This document shows, piece after piece, positions 35,287-47,531 of a stretch of 64,000 nucleotides of DNA. Numbering within the stretch: the stretch's first letter is position 1; every line of letters starts with the position of its first letter. The DNA is from Rhynchopus sp. YZ270_cl-10 (lineage: Eukaryota), in the NCBI GenBank assembly GCA_964035575.1, contig OZ037838.1, positions 1,674,001 to 1,738,000 on the forward strand, read 5' to 3'. Made by a program: the position numbers and the translations under genes. The notes under the pieces are model-generated. The model worked only from the letters and a program-made list of their open reading frames with translations. It was not told where the DNA came from and did no database searches.

Positions 35287-36015
35287 ATGGCATCCCTCGA
35301 CCCACCCCGCCCATGCGAGCACTGTTCAGCCCCGGCACAGCTGCAGTGTGGGTACTGTGAGGACTTGCAGTTTTGCGAGAGGGCTGAGTGCTTCGAAGCG
35401 CTTCACCCACGCACACGCAACTGGGAGATGCACCGAGCCTCCTCGACAGCCTACGGCACTGCACGCTGCTCGGACCTTGCCATTGTAGACCCGAAGCACT
35501 CTTCCCTCTACCTCCAGGCTGAGGTGGCGACGGTGACTGCCATCGGCGGCTCGCTTCTCTCAGGGTACACGACGCTCACTGCGCTAGATCTCTCCGCGTT
35601 CAATAGCGTCTCCGAGATCGGAAACTGCTTCCTCCAAGGATGCGGCGCGCTTAAAACCCTGAACCTCTCTGGGTTGACCCGAGCCACCTCTATCGGGGAC
35701 CATTTTCTTGAAGAATGCAGGTCGCTGACGGAACTCAATCTGGCAGGTCTTAGTAGGGTGACATCCGTGGGGCATAGGTTTCTTGCAGAGTGCACCGCGT
35801 TGCGAATGATAGACCTTTCTGCGTTGAGCGGTGTCACCAATATAGGCGACGATTTTTTGCATGGCTGCACCTCGCTCCGCAGTGTCGACATCTCTGGGCT
35901 CAGTGCAGTGGAGGAAATGGGGCCTGGCTGCCTAGGGTACTGCGAAGAGCTTAAGTCGCTGGAAGGGCAGGACCGCTGTAGTCATGTGGTGGTTGCGAGG
36001 CTGCCGGCTGTCTGA
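35287..36015 (+). CDS. B-box-type zinc finger + BspA/TpLRR-like leucine-rich repeat protein
   Basis: CEHC...CGYC...FCERAECFEALH...MH zinc-finger spacing; ~6 repeats LxxLDLSxxxxVxxIGxxFLxxC. Confidence 0.8.
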   Translation: MASLDPPRPCEHCSAPAQLQCGYCEDLQFCERAECFEALHPRTRNWEMHRASSTAYGTARCSDLAIVDPKHSSLYLQAEVATVTAIGGSLLSGYTTLTALDLSAFNSVSEIGNCFLQGCGALKTLNLSGLTRATSIGDHFLEECRSLTELNLAGLSRVTSVGHRFLAECTALRMIDLSALSGVTNIGDDFLHGCTSLRSVDISGLSAVEEMGPGCLGYCEELKSLEGQDRCSHVVVARLPAV

Positions 36016-36602
36016 GAGAGGTCAGTAGACTATCAAATAGAAAGAGAGGGATTTTTTTGTGGAAGCTGTGCAAATGCAAACAACTGTCGAGACCAAATGG
36101 AACGGAATATTTTTTTAAAAGCAAACATAGCTGGGGATAAGAGGGGAGCCATCGTATCCTCAATAAGCTATTGCCATTTACATCATTTCTTGCTTGTCCA
36201 TAAGTATTTTGCGCTTTCTTCCCGCAAACAACCCTCTAGAGAGACTCTACAGGGCTGCATGGTCCCCAGAGGTTAAGTATTCCAGTGCAAGGTATGGAGG
36301 AATACATAGTGTGTCCTTTTCCCTTTTGTACAAATGGCCTCGTTTCCAGTGTTACCAATGTGCCTCTGTTGTGTGGCCGCATCATACATTCTCAATAATT
36401 TTTGTTCTCTCCCAACAAGGGTGCCAAGATTCGTGGTTCTGTTGTTACTATTTTTGCACCATAATCGATTCGACAAAACAAAGGTCCTTTAAGGATTGCA
36501 ATTTACTTTCCTTACTCTCCTCGAGGTAGGTCAAGAGTGTCTTCTACCCAAGATGCCACATCACAGTACATTAAACACAGAGGAATACGGATAAATAAAA
36601 CA

Positions 36603-37754
36603 ATGGATGTGACCTTTGTGCTGGAAGAGTCAGGCGTGACTGCGACAGTGGAGGTGCCGTGCGAGGCGGACGTTGCAGCGGCAAAGGAGGTTGCGTGCAC
36701 GGCGCTTGCTGTCTCGCCTGCGTCTGTCGAGATGCGCATCGGCACGCAGGTGCTGGAGGGGACGTGCCGTCTGCAGGACACTGCGTTTGGTGCAGGGGTG
36801 CAGGTTGTGCTTGCCCGCCGCTTTGCCAACATCAAGTGTCCTGCTAAACACACTGCTGTACCAACGTGGGTGAGACACTTATCGCTGTCGCGTTGTGGAA
36901 CGCTGTGTGTCTTTTGCGATGATGGCAACGATGTTGGTGGCTTTGACACCGAAACCTTTGTCAATGTCTTCGAGTTCACAATAGGCAATGGTATGTTGCG
37001 TGTGCCTGCCATCTCTCCGTGCAAGACACGCTGCTACCTGGCGTGTGAGGAGGAAGGCCTTCTCGAGGTTGCGCTTCCGGGTGGGGAGGTGCTCCGTGAA
37101 GTCGACGGCCCCTTCTCCTCAGTGTTCGCGCGTGGTGGTGTTGTGGCCTCGCAGGGCACAGACGGCGTCTCTGTGTATGATGAAGACCTGACGTTGCTCC
37201 GCTCTCTCTCGCATGAGGGGTGCAAGGACATGGCAGTGTCGGACTGTGGTGGGTGGGTGATCACCTCTTCCGACAAGGAGAACAAGGCACGTCTGTGGGA
37301 TGTGAACAGAGGTGAAGCTGTGGCATGTGTGCCTGCGGATGGGAGGGGGGTGGCGCTTTCACGCTCTGCCTCTGTCTTTGCTGTGGTGGAGAAAATCCCC
37401 GCGCCGCTCTATCCTGAATGGTGTGGGGTGGCAGTGAAAGTGCAGCTGTACGACTGGAGTGGTGCGTCTCTTGGCAGCTTTGATGATTGTCCGTGCGATA
37501 GGGATGCACAGGTCCTTGGAATGCAATTCACCCCGGATGGGAAGTACCTTCTGGTCGATTTCTACGTGACACATGCCAATGGATCAGAACAGTTGGTGCT
37601 TAAGCAGTATGATGTGGCGACCAAGGCCTGTGTACTTGCGATCCCGGACGTCGAGTGTGCGTCGTTTGCGATATCGCCATGTTCGCGTGTGGTTATATTT
37701 GGCGATGTCAAATCCATTGTGACGAGGTATATCTACCCATACAACAGTGAGTGA
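36603..37754 (+). CDS. Ubl-WD40 family protein (KHTAVPT subfamily)
   Basis: Intact ORF, family motifs. Confidence 0.9.
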   Translation: MDVTFVLEESGVTATVEVPCEADVAAAKEVACTALAVSPASVEMRIGTQVLEGTCRLQDTAFGAGVQVVLARRFANIKCPAKHTAVPTWVRHLSLSRCGTLCVFCDDGNDVGGFDTETFVNVFEFTIGNGMLRVPAISPCKTRCYLACEEEGLLEVALPGGEVLREVDGPFSSVFARGGVVASQGTDGVSVYDEDLTLLRSLSHEGCKDMAVSDCGGWVITSSDKENKARLWDVNRGEAVACVPADGRGVALSRSASVFAVVEKIPAPLYPEWCGVAVKVQLYDWSGASLGSFDDCPCDRDAQVLGMQFTPDGKYLLVDFYVTHANGSEQLVLKQYDVATKACVLAIPDVECASFAISPCSRVVIFGDVKSIVTRYIYPYNSE

Positions 37755-39413
37755 TGTTTTGCTTTGTAAAGACCCCCCGATTTTCGTGGTAAATGGGGAG
37801 GCGCTTCCGTTAAACGGCAACCCACAAGAGTAGAACAACAACCAAACTTTTGAGAAACAGACGCCAATGAGACCTAGAGTCTCTCTTCTTACTTGTGTGC
37901 TACAGACAAACATGACAACGCTAACCACGACTGCCACGGCAGAGCGGGGTCCCAAACGGTTCACTGGGGGGGATCCACATAGATACAGAAAACAAAAAAT
38001 ACGAAAGCAAGGAAGAAAACCAGTAAAAAAAAAAAAAATAAAAAAGACCACCCCTTTGCTTTGCGACGTTGCCCTGTGGGGCGGCTTCATGGGGAGGGAA
38101 TGAGACTACAACAATGTGTGCTTTTTTGTATCTTAACGTGCTCGTGTTTTTTGTGTAGGTTGTTCACTGTGCATGTACCCAAAGAAAATTAAATCTACAA
38201 ATAAGCAAATCTCTTCAATGAGTGTGCACGTGAACTTCATTTTGTTTTTGTGTTTTGAAAGACAGACTTTTATTGCAGCACGTTGCTGCTACCCATCCCT
38301 TCCATCTCAGACTCTTGGGTGAAGACTAACAATAAGACAAGGTCTTTTTGGGATTGTCTGTTTTGTTGAGGAATGGGAACTACAACCCAACCAGGCGGTT
38401 GCATGAGTGAGGAGAAGGTGCGCCGCCGGCTGACGAGCGGTTGTGTACCGCCTCGTTCTGTCGTAGGTGCACATTTCTCTGTTTTTCTTTTTTCAGACAC
38501 AAAAAAGCCCCAAAATTGTGCGCAGAACCAATCTCTCTGACATAGTGAGCGTCGACACTGCAACAAACAAAACGACCCCCATCCCTCGTCCCCTCTTTCC
38601 ACGTGTCCACCTTTGCTTTGCGACTATGACGAACGACGCTATTCGCTCATGGTAGCTCATTCGTGCTGTCGTGTGTGCAATTATTGTTTGTCTTTTGTAT
38701 AGGATAGTGAAGGTAAGGTCGGACAGGCTTACCTGGCACACAGGGCTACTCCCGTGAAGGAGGAGACAAGACAGTCGTCTGACCCTGATGTGTTGCTGTG
38801 TACTTTAACTCTAACCTTTTCACAGCTGAAGGAGGCCAGTTTGTTCACAACGCTTTCACTATTGTTTCTTCGAGGTGGGGGATGTTGTTTTTGCTAACAA
38901 AATAACGACCCACAGGCCTCGTCGCCTTAATGGATTTTATTTGGACCCACGTAACAAATACGGTCAGAAATACGACCGCTGTCAAGGGTTTTTTAGCAAG
39001 GGAAAACAAAACGGGAAACAAACGGTTTTTGAAGATTTGGAGTCCGCAATGTTAAAGTGTGGACCTTAGTTAAATGTTTTATGTTCCTCCCCCTAGCCTA
39101 GGCTAGGCGGGTGTGCTTTTTGTATCTAAACGTGCTCGTGTTTTTGTGTAGGTTGTTCACTGTGCACGTACCCAAAGAAAATCAAAAAAACAATAAATAC
39201 CAACCAGGCGGTTGGATGAGTTCAACTGACAGTCAATTTTGCCACCAATCTCTCTGACATAGTGAGTGTCGACACTGCAACAAACAAAACGACCCCCATC
39301 CCTCGTCCCCTCTTTCCACGTGTCCACCTCCTCGAGGTAGGTCAAGAGTGTCTTCTACCCAAGATGCCACATCACAGTACATTAAACACAGAGGAATACG
39401 GATAAATAAAACA

Positions 39414-40572
39414 ATGGATGTGACCTTTGTGCTGGAAGAGTCAGGCGTGACTGCGACAGTGGAGGTGCCGTGCGAGGCGGACGTTGCAGCGGCAAAGGAG
39501 GTTGCGTGCACGGCGCTTGCTGTCTCGCCTGCGTCTGTCGAGATGCGCATCGGCACGCAGGTGCTGGAGGGGACGTGCCGTCTGCAGGACACTGCGTTTG
39601 GTGCAGGGGTGCAGGTTGTGCTTGCCCGCCGCTTTGCCGACATCAAGTGTCCTGCTAAACACACTGCTGTACCAACGTGGGTGAGACACTTATCGCTGTC
39701 GCGTTGTGGAACGCTCTGTGTCTTTTGCGCTGATGGCAACCATGTTGGTGGCTTTGACACCGAAACCTTTGTCAATGTCTTCGAGTTCACAATAGGCAAT
39801 GGTATGTTGCGTGTGCCTGCCATCTCTCCGTGCAAGACACGCTGCTACCTGGCGTGTGAGGAGGAAGGCCTTCTCGAGGTTGCGCTTCCGGGTGGGGAGG
39901 TGCTCCGCGAAGTCGACGGCCCCTTCTCCTCAGTGTTCGCGTGTGGTGGTGTTGTGGCCTCGCAGGGCACAGACGGCGTCTCTGTGTATGACGAAGACCT
40001 GACGTTGCTCCGCACTCTCTCGCATGAGGGGTGCAAGGACATGGCAGTGTCGGACTGTGGTGGGTGGGTGATCACCTCTTCCGACAAGGAGAACAAGGAG
40101 AAGAACGCACGTCTGTGGGTTGTGAACACAGGTGAAGCTGTGGCATGTGTGCCTGCGGCTGGGAGGAGTGTGGCGCTTTCACGATCTGCCTCTGTCTTTG
40201 CTGTGGTGGAGGAAAGCGCCGTGCAGCTCTTTGATTGGAGTGGGGTGGGGAGTGAAAGTGCAGCTGTACGACTGGAGTGGTGCGTCTCTTGGCAGCTTTG
40301 GTGATAGTCCGGACGATATGTCTGCATGCGTCCTTGGAATGCAATTCACCCAGGATGGGAAGTACCTTCTGGTCGATTTGTACATGACCGATGTTACTGA
40401 ATTAGAACATACGGTGCTGAAGCAGTATGATGTGGCGACCAAGGCCTGTGTACTTGCGATCCCGGACGTCGAGTGTGCGTCGTTTGCGATATCGCCATGT
40501 TCGCGTGTGGTTATATTTTGCGCTGTCAAATCCATTGTGACGAGGTATATCTACCCATACAACAGTGAGTGA
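39414..40572 (+). pseudogene. Ubl-WD40 family member (KHTAVPT subfamily), frameshifted
   Basis: Extra G at ~40242-40250 (tggagtggggtggggagtg vs tggactgggtggggagtg in paralogs); could be a homopolymer error. Confidence 0.7.
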
Positions 40573-41112
40573 TGTTTTGCTTTGTAAAGACCACCCCTTT
40601 GCTTTGCGACGTTGCCCTGTGGTGCGGCTTCATGGGGAGGGAATGAGACTACAACAATGTGTGCTTTTTTGTATCTTAACGTGCTCGTGTTTTTTGTGTA
40701 GGTTGTTCACTGTGCATGTACCCAAAGAAAATTAAATCTACAAATAAGCAAATCTCTTCAATGAGTGTGCACGTGAACTTCATTTTGTTTTTGTGTTTTG
40801 AAAGACAGACTTTTATTGCAGCACGTTGCTGCTACCCATCCCTTCCATCTCAGACTCTTGGGTGAAGACTAACAATAAGACAAGGTCTTTTTGGGATTGT
40901 CTGTTTTGTTGAGGAATGGGAACTACAACCCAACCAGGCGGTTGCATGAGTGAGGAGAAGGTGCGCCGCCGGCTGACGAGCGGTTGTGTACCGCCTCGTT
41001 CTGTCGTAGGTGCACATTTCTCTGTTTGGGAAGGCTCGTTTTTCCATTTAATGTTACAAAGTAACAATAAAACCACTTTTTCGGCGACCGGGAACCCCCC
41101 CCCCCCCCCCTA

Positions 41113-41655
41113 GGGCTATGCTGCACGCGCACGGCCGTACGTACGCGTACGCCGCACGTACGCCGTGCGCACTTTTTGAAAATTTGCGGCGCACGCGTGC
41201 GCACGGCAGTGCGCACGGCCCTTATTCAACGTAGGAAGCCTAGCTCCTATACGTTGCCCTTTGTTGTACTGTACCAGCCCCTATGCGCAGGGGGTTATCC
41301 CGGATTACAGCGCACTTCGAGAAAGGCGGAGAAACGCGTCTCACCCTCCTCTGATCGACGTCATGCGTCGGTTGCCGCCGCAGGCGGAGTGCAACAGGTG
41401 CCCCAACGGGCCAAAGTCTCGGGGGTTTTGCCGGATATTTTTTCATCCTTCACAATAAGTACTGCCGTGCATACTGCCGTGCATACTGCCGTGCATACTG
41501 CCGTGCATACTGCCGTGCATACTGCCGTGCATACTGCCGTGCATACTGCCGTGCATACTGCCGTGCGCACGCCGTGCGCCGTGCGCAGTGCGCACGGTGC
41601 GCCGTGCGCACTTTCTCAGAATTTGCTGCGCACGCGTGCGCGTGCAGCATAGCCC
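41113..41655. mobile_element. MITE with TA target duplication and internal 12-bp tandem repeat
   Basis: TIR gggctatgctgcacgcgcacg, TA at 41111-12 and 41656-57; (actgccgtgcat)x~9 at 41461-41566. Confidence 0.8.
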
Positions 41656-41657
41656 TA

Positions 41658-42847
41658 GGGGGTCCGACTCCTAATAGACTTGTGTATAAAATTTCGTACC
41701 AAAAACTCATTATTAAACTTCTGGTCATCTCCAAGGCAACTGCGGGTGAAAAACACCCTCAGAGTGGGTCACAGGGGGCCTGTGGGTCGAAAAACGACCC
41801 AGAAGCCACCCCAGAATACAAAAAAATGGAAAAAAATAGTGAAAAAACGGCTTTTTTCACGTTTTGGCCACTTTGGGCAAAATAGCGATTTTTCAAGAAA
41901 AAAACCAAAAAACGGCATATTTTTTGACATCACAAAGCCTCCTTTGGCACAAATATACCCCAAAAGTGGCCTGTGAGTCCATTCCAACCTGTTTTGGACA
42001 TATTTGACACTTTTGGAAGTGTTTTTTTGGTGTTTTTAGGTCAAAAAAATGCCCGTGACATCCCCGTGACATCCCCGTGACACTTTGCACACCCCCTGTT
42101 ACGGTCATAATTTTTTCGTTTTTTTGCCTGAAACCCCCAAAATACCCCTCCCGGACCCCACATAGTCCCGAATATCCATCACACACCCACTCAGAGTGAG
42201 TAGAAGCACCCCAAAAAAAATATTTTTAAAAGCCCTTCAAATTCAACATGGATGCTGCCGAAACTGAAGTACAATTTTAGGGCTTTTAAAAATATTTTTT
42301 TTGGGGTGCTTCTACTCACTCTGAGTGGGTGTGTGATGGACATTCGGGACTATGTGGGGTCCGGGAGGGGTATTTTGGGGGTTTCAGGCAAAAAAACGAA
42401 AAAATTATGACCGTAACAGGGGGTGTGCAAAGTGTCACAGGCATGTCACAGGCATTTTTTTGACGTTTTTTTGACCTAAAAACACCAAAAAAACACTTCC
42501 AAAAGTGTCAAATATGTCCAAAACAGGTTGGAATGGACTCACAGGCCACTTTTGGGGTATATTTGTGCCAAAGGAGGCTTTATGATGTCAAAAAATATGC
42601 CGTTTTTTGGTTTTTTTTCCTGAAAAATCGCTATTTTGCCCAAAGTGGCCAAAACGTGAAAAAAGCCGTTTTTTCACTATTTTTTTCCATTTTTTTGTAT
42701 TCTGGGGTGGCTTCTGGGTCGTTTTTCGACCCACAGGCCCCCTGTGACCCACTCTGAGGGTGGTTTTCACCCGCAGTTGCCTTGGAGATGACCAGAAGTT
42801 TAATAATGAGTTTTTGGTACGGTCATTTTACTCACAGTCGGACCCCC
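41658..42847. mobile_element. Foldback element: short outer TIR enclosing a ~1.13-kb near-perfect palindrome
   Basis: gggggtccgact / agtcggaccccc flanked by TA; arms 41695-42236 and 42279-42821 are reverse complements around a 42-bp loop. Confidence 0.85.
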
Positions 42848-43038
42848 TATACCCCCCCCCCCCCCCCTTTGTTACACGGAAAAACTGTTTTTCCGAATTG
42901 GCATTTATTGTTACAGTGGGCATACACCGGGTGATGATGAAATTTTTAGCCGGCATTTGCATTTCCGGAATCCGTCCGGCCAGTGGTGGGGTCAATTTGA
43001 CGAAATGGACAAGTTCTCGTTTTTGGTCAATTTCCGCG

Positions 43039-43467
43039 CAGTACAGTACAGTACAGTACAGTACAGTACAGTACAGTACAGTACAGTACAGTACAGTACA
43101 GTACAGTACAGTACAGTACAGTACAGTACAGTACAGTACAGTACAGTACAGTACAGTACAGTACAGTACAGTACAGTACAGTACAGTACAGTACAGTACA
43201 GTACAGTACAGTACAGTACAGTACAGTACAGTACAGTACAGTACAGTACAGTACAGTACAGTACAGTACAGTACAGTACAGTACAGTACAGTACAGTACA
43301 GTACAGTACAGTACAGTACAGTACAGTACAGTACAGTACAGTACAGTACAGTACAGTACAGTACAGTACAGTACAGTACAGTACAGTACAGTACAGTACA
43401 GTACAGTACAGTACAGTACAGTACAGTACAGTACAGTACAGTACAGTACAGTACAGTACAGTACAGT
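43039..43467. repeat. (CAGTA)n microsatellite, ~85 units
   Basis: Perfect 5-bp tandem array. Confidence 0.95.
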
Positions 43468-46390
43468 GCTGTTTGGCCTGTCGACGTAATAAATACGAAG
43501 ACAGGGGGGCGGTGCCAACAATTTTCCAATGATGTAACGTTTTATCTGATTGATTTATCGTTTGATATACCTTGTGTGTGCTACTTCATGCACACCCAAG
43601 CAAGGTATTTTGAACGGTACTTTCAAGCGATGCTTCGTTATGTCATTGGGGGTACCTGGGTGGTGACACCTGTCAAAAATTTTCACTAGTCATCACCTGC
43701 ACGCGGGTGTCACAAACACCCAAACTGGGAAAGCCTTCAAGGCGGTAATGGATTATATAGTTGCTATTACAGCAACTTGACCGAGGAATCCTCCCACGGC
43801 TCGACTTTTACACAAGAGCGCTTTTGCATCGCGTACTTCGATCGCGGTGCTTCTCTTAGCGGGTACACGAAGCTGTACGAAGTTGTGCACAGGTGGCATC
43901 GCATCCTGACCCACTTCGTCGAGAGCATGAACTTCCAGAAGCACATGTCTTCCATTGCCACTCAGAGAACTACGTCGAGAGTTCCGCAGATTCGAAGAGT
44001 GGTGCAAGCAGAAATACCAGGTATCTCAGAGATATGCAGCTTCTTGTGGCAGCGGGCATCTTTGGGGGGGACAGCCCCCATTTTGCTGTTGAAACAACCA
44101 AACTCGCAGTCCATTTTTTTCACTCACGTATTTTCCCCTCGCCGTTTATTTTTTTCGCGCGAAAATCAGGGCGTTCGCCCCGGGGCGAAAAATATTTTTT
44201 TTCGTTAAAAAAATCTGTTCCTGAAAAAATGACATTTTATTTCGCCCCAGGGCTTCGCCCCACCGGGGCGAAACCCTGTATAAATAAATAAATAAATAAA
44301 AAAAAAAGGGGGGGGGGGGGGGGGGAAAAAGAGAGAGAGATTTCTCCCCACCACCCTGTCGACCCCCCCGGAGGGGGGGTCGCAGAGGGGGTGTCCACTG
44401 TACTCAAAATCATCCGCAAACCCGCCTGCCGTGAGAGGAAGTTTTCCCAGCACTCCCGCTCGCTCCTCAATCCTGCAGTCTGCTGAAGGTGTACCGTACC
44501 CCCTGTTATAGAAGGTGTCACTGCTCGTGTCAACTCTATCTTCAATGGCAGAGAGTTGAAAATAATCAAAATAAGGATGAAGTCTCATATGACAGATGCC
44601 TCTCTCTTGTACATCTGCTTGATTAAACAACACAAAGAGACCCTCAGTGAGGGGGGATTGATGAAATTCTCCATCGTTTTGCTGGTTTTAGTATCAGGAA
44701 AGTTCAGCTGTAATATCACTTGTGCTGGGGAAGGGATCACGCGCAAATCGCAAATTTTTTTTGACCATTCAGTACCAGGGATTCACCCCACGAACTAACT
44801 TCTCTCCGGCGGGAAAATTTTTTTGACCTATTTTAAGCACTAGTAAAAAAACGAAAATTTCGGGGGTTTTGGCATTTCGCCACGATCAGGAAAAAACGAT
44901 GGCGATAGCGAACGCCCTGGCGAAAATGCCTTTTTTGGCACATTTCAACCAATCCAAACCCGTGGTGACCTCTCTCAGTCAAATTTGTGGTCATTTTCTC
45001 CTTGTGACAGAATTTCCCCTTGCAGAATACCCTTGCAATTTGGGCAAGTTGCATTTTGCAACCGAAAATGCAACAGATTCAGGTAGAGGGGTGTTTGAAA
45101 AAAAAATGAGTTTAGTGAGGCCGCCAGCGTGCCACCGTGGACATGGAGGAGTACGTGATAGAATGTGCGACAGCAAACAGGAGACTGGGGGGAGTATGTG
45201 CGAGTGTCGGAAGCTGTGGACCATGCGTCAACACATGCTCACGCACAGAATCATTCTGATACATGCAATGAAGTTGGCAGGAGATGCCACCAGGGGTCAG
45301 TCGGGTGTAGCCCCGTAATAATACCCTGTAAATAACCCCGTCCCAAAATCTCTCCGTCCCTCATTCGTGTGGTTTTCCTTCTAGTTTGTTTGGTATGATC
45401 TTGATAACAATAAAAATATAACTGGTACTCATGATAACCCCATTTTGCGTACTTGGTATTTTTTATATCAGGAGCACCAATATCAGTGTTTTCGTTGAAC
45501 GCAGCCAAATAGGGGTAAAAATCTGTTTGGCGCAAGGTGAAATAGGATTCAAGGGGAAATACTGTTATACAAGATCTGAACGTTGGCTTTCTGTTTGTCT
45601 AGTTTCTTAATACACTACGTGTTAGGAAACAAAAAACATACACCGTCTAGCAGCTCTCCGTGGTTCCCCCCGTGGTTCTCCCGCGGGTTGTCTGTACCCC
45701 CTGCATCACACCAGGAATATAATCCCTTATTACGGAGCTTGATCTTGCACCTTACGTTCCCTAAACTTACGAAAAATATAAATGGCGCCGCAGGCGGGAA
45801 AAAAATAGGGTACGGTGTAAAAATGCTGGTTTACACCACACAGTCACTCAACAAACCCTTTTTTGCGGAGCAAAAAAGAAAAATGGCGCCGCAGGCAAAA
45901 AAAAATTAAGGGGTACGGTACCTCTTCGAGCGCAGCGAGCAGAAAATTTTTGTTACCACAGGGAAAAAGTCACTTTTTTCCCGCCATTGTTACAACAAAA
46001 AAATTTTTTCCTCGGATTTCGATCGGGACCCCCCCCCCCAACCTTAGGCAGAAAAACACTTTTTCCCTCCATTGTTACAAAAAAAAAGTTTTTTCCCGGA
46101 TTTTGGCCTGACCCACCCCCCCCCCCCCCCTTTTTATTGTTACTTTGTAACATTAAATGGAAAAACGAGCCTTCCCTTTTTCTTTTTCAGACACAAGAAA
46201 GCCCCAAAATTGTGCGCAGAACCAATCTCTCTGACATAGTGAGTGTCGACACTGCAACAAACAAAACGACCCCCAGCCCTCGTCCCCTCTTTCCACGTGT
46301 CCACCTCCTCGAGGTAGGTCAAGAGTGTCTTCTACCCAAGATGCCACATCACAGTACATTAAACACAGAGGAATACGGATAAATAAAACA

Positions 46391-47531
46391 ATGGATGTGA
46401 CCTTTGTGCTGGAAGAGTCAGGCGTGACTGCGACAGTGGAGGTGCCGTGCGAGGCGGACGCTGCAGCGGCAAAGGAGGTTGCGTGCACGGTGCTTGCTGT
46501 CTCGCCTGCGTCTGTCGAGATGCGCATCGGCACGCAGGTGCTGGAGGGGACGTGCCGTCTGCAGGACACTGCGTTTGATGCAGGGGTGCAGGTTGTGCTT
46601 GCCCGCCGCTTTGCCGACATCAAGTGTCCTGCTAAACACACTGCTGTACCAACGTGGGTGGGACACTTATCGCTGTCGCGTTGTGGAACGCTCTGTGTCT
46701 TTTGCGCTGATGGCAACCATGTTGGTGGCTTTGACACCGAAACCTTTGTCAATGTCTTCGAGTTCACAATAGGCAATGGTATGTTGCGTGTGCCTGCCAT
46801 CTCTCCGTGCAAGACACGCTGCTACCTGGCGTGTGAGGAGGAAGGCCTTCTCGAGGTTGCGCTTCCGGGTGGGGAGGTGCTCCGCGAAGTCGACGGCCCC
46901 TTCTCCTTAGTGTTCGCGCGTGGTGGTGTTGTGGCCTCGCAGGGCAGAGACGGCGTCTCTGTGTATGATGAAGACCTGACGTTGCTCCGCACTCTCTCGC
47001 ATGAGGGGTGCAAGGACATGGCAGTGTGGTGGGTGGGTGATCACCTCCTCCGTCAGTGAGAAGAACGCACGTCTGTGGGATGTGAACACAGGTGAAGCTG
47101 TGGCATGTGTGCCTGCGCATGGGGGTGCAGTGGCGATTTCACGGTCTGCCGCTGTCTTTGCTGTGGTGGAGAATATCGCCCTGCAGGCCTATGATTGGAC
47201 TGGGTGGGGAGTGAAAGTGCAGCTGTACGACTGGAGTGGTGCGTCTCTTGGCAGCTTTGGTGATAGTCCGTGCGATAGGGATGCACAGGTCCTTGGAATG
47301 CAATTCACCCCGGATGGGAAGTACCTTCTGGTCGATTTATACATGACAGATTTTACTGGATCAGAACATTTGGTGCTGAAGCAGTATGATGTGGCGACCA
47401 AGGCCTGTGTACTTGCGATCCCGGACGTCGAGTGTGCGTCGTTTGCGATATCGCCATGTTCGCGTGTGGTTATATTTGGCGATGTCAAATCCATTGTGAC
47501 GAGGTATATCTACCCATACAACAGTGAGTGA
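46391..47531 (+). pseudogene. Ubl-WD40 family member (KHTAVPT subfamily), frameshifted
   Basis: 8-nt deletion at ~47027 (gcagtgtggtggg vs gcagtgtcggactgtggtggg) between TGT microhomologies. Confidence 0.8.

Larger units (their letters stand above)
41028..46176. mobile_element. 5.15-kb TIR element with 45-bp terminal inverted repeats and 3-bp (TTT) target duplication, carrying nested insertions
   Basis: gggaaggctcgtttttccatttaatgttacaaagtaacaataaaa at 41028-41072 and its reverse complement at 46132-46176; empty site ctctgtttttc..cagacac seen at ~38477, ~48615, ~53027. Confidence 0.9.

Noticed and set aside
42760..43689. Long ORFs with STVQY/YCTVL repeats
   Set aside because: Translation of the (CAGTA)n microsatellite
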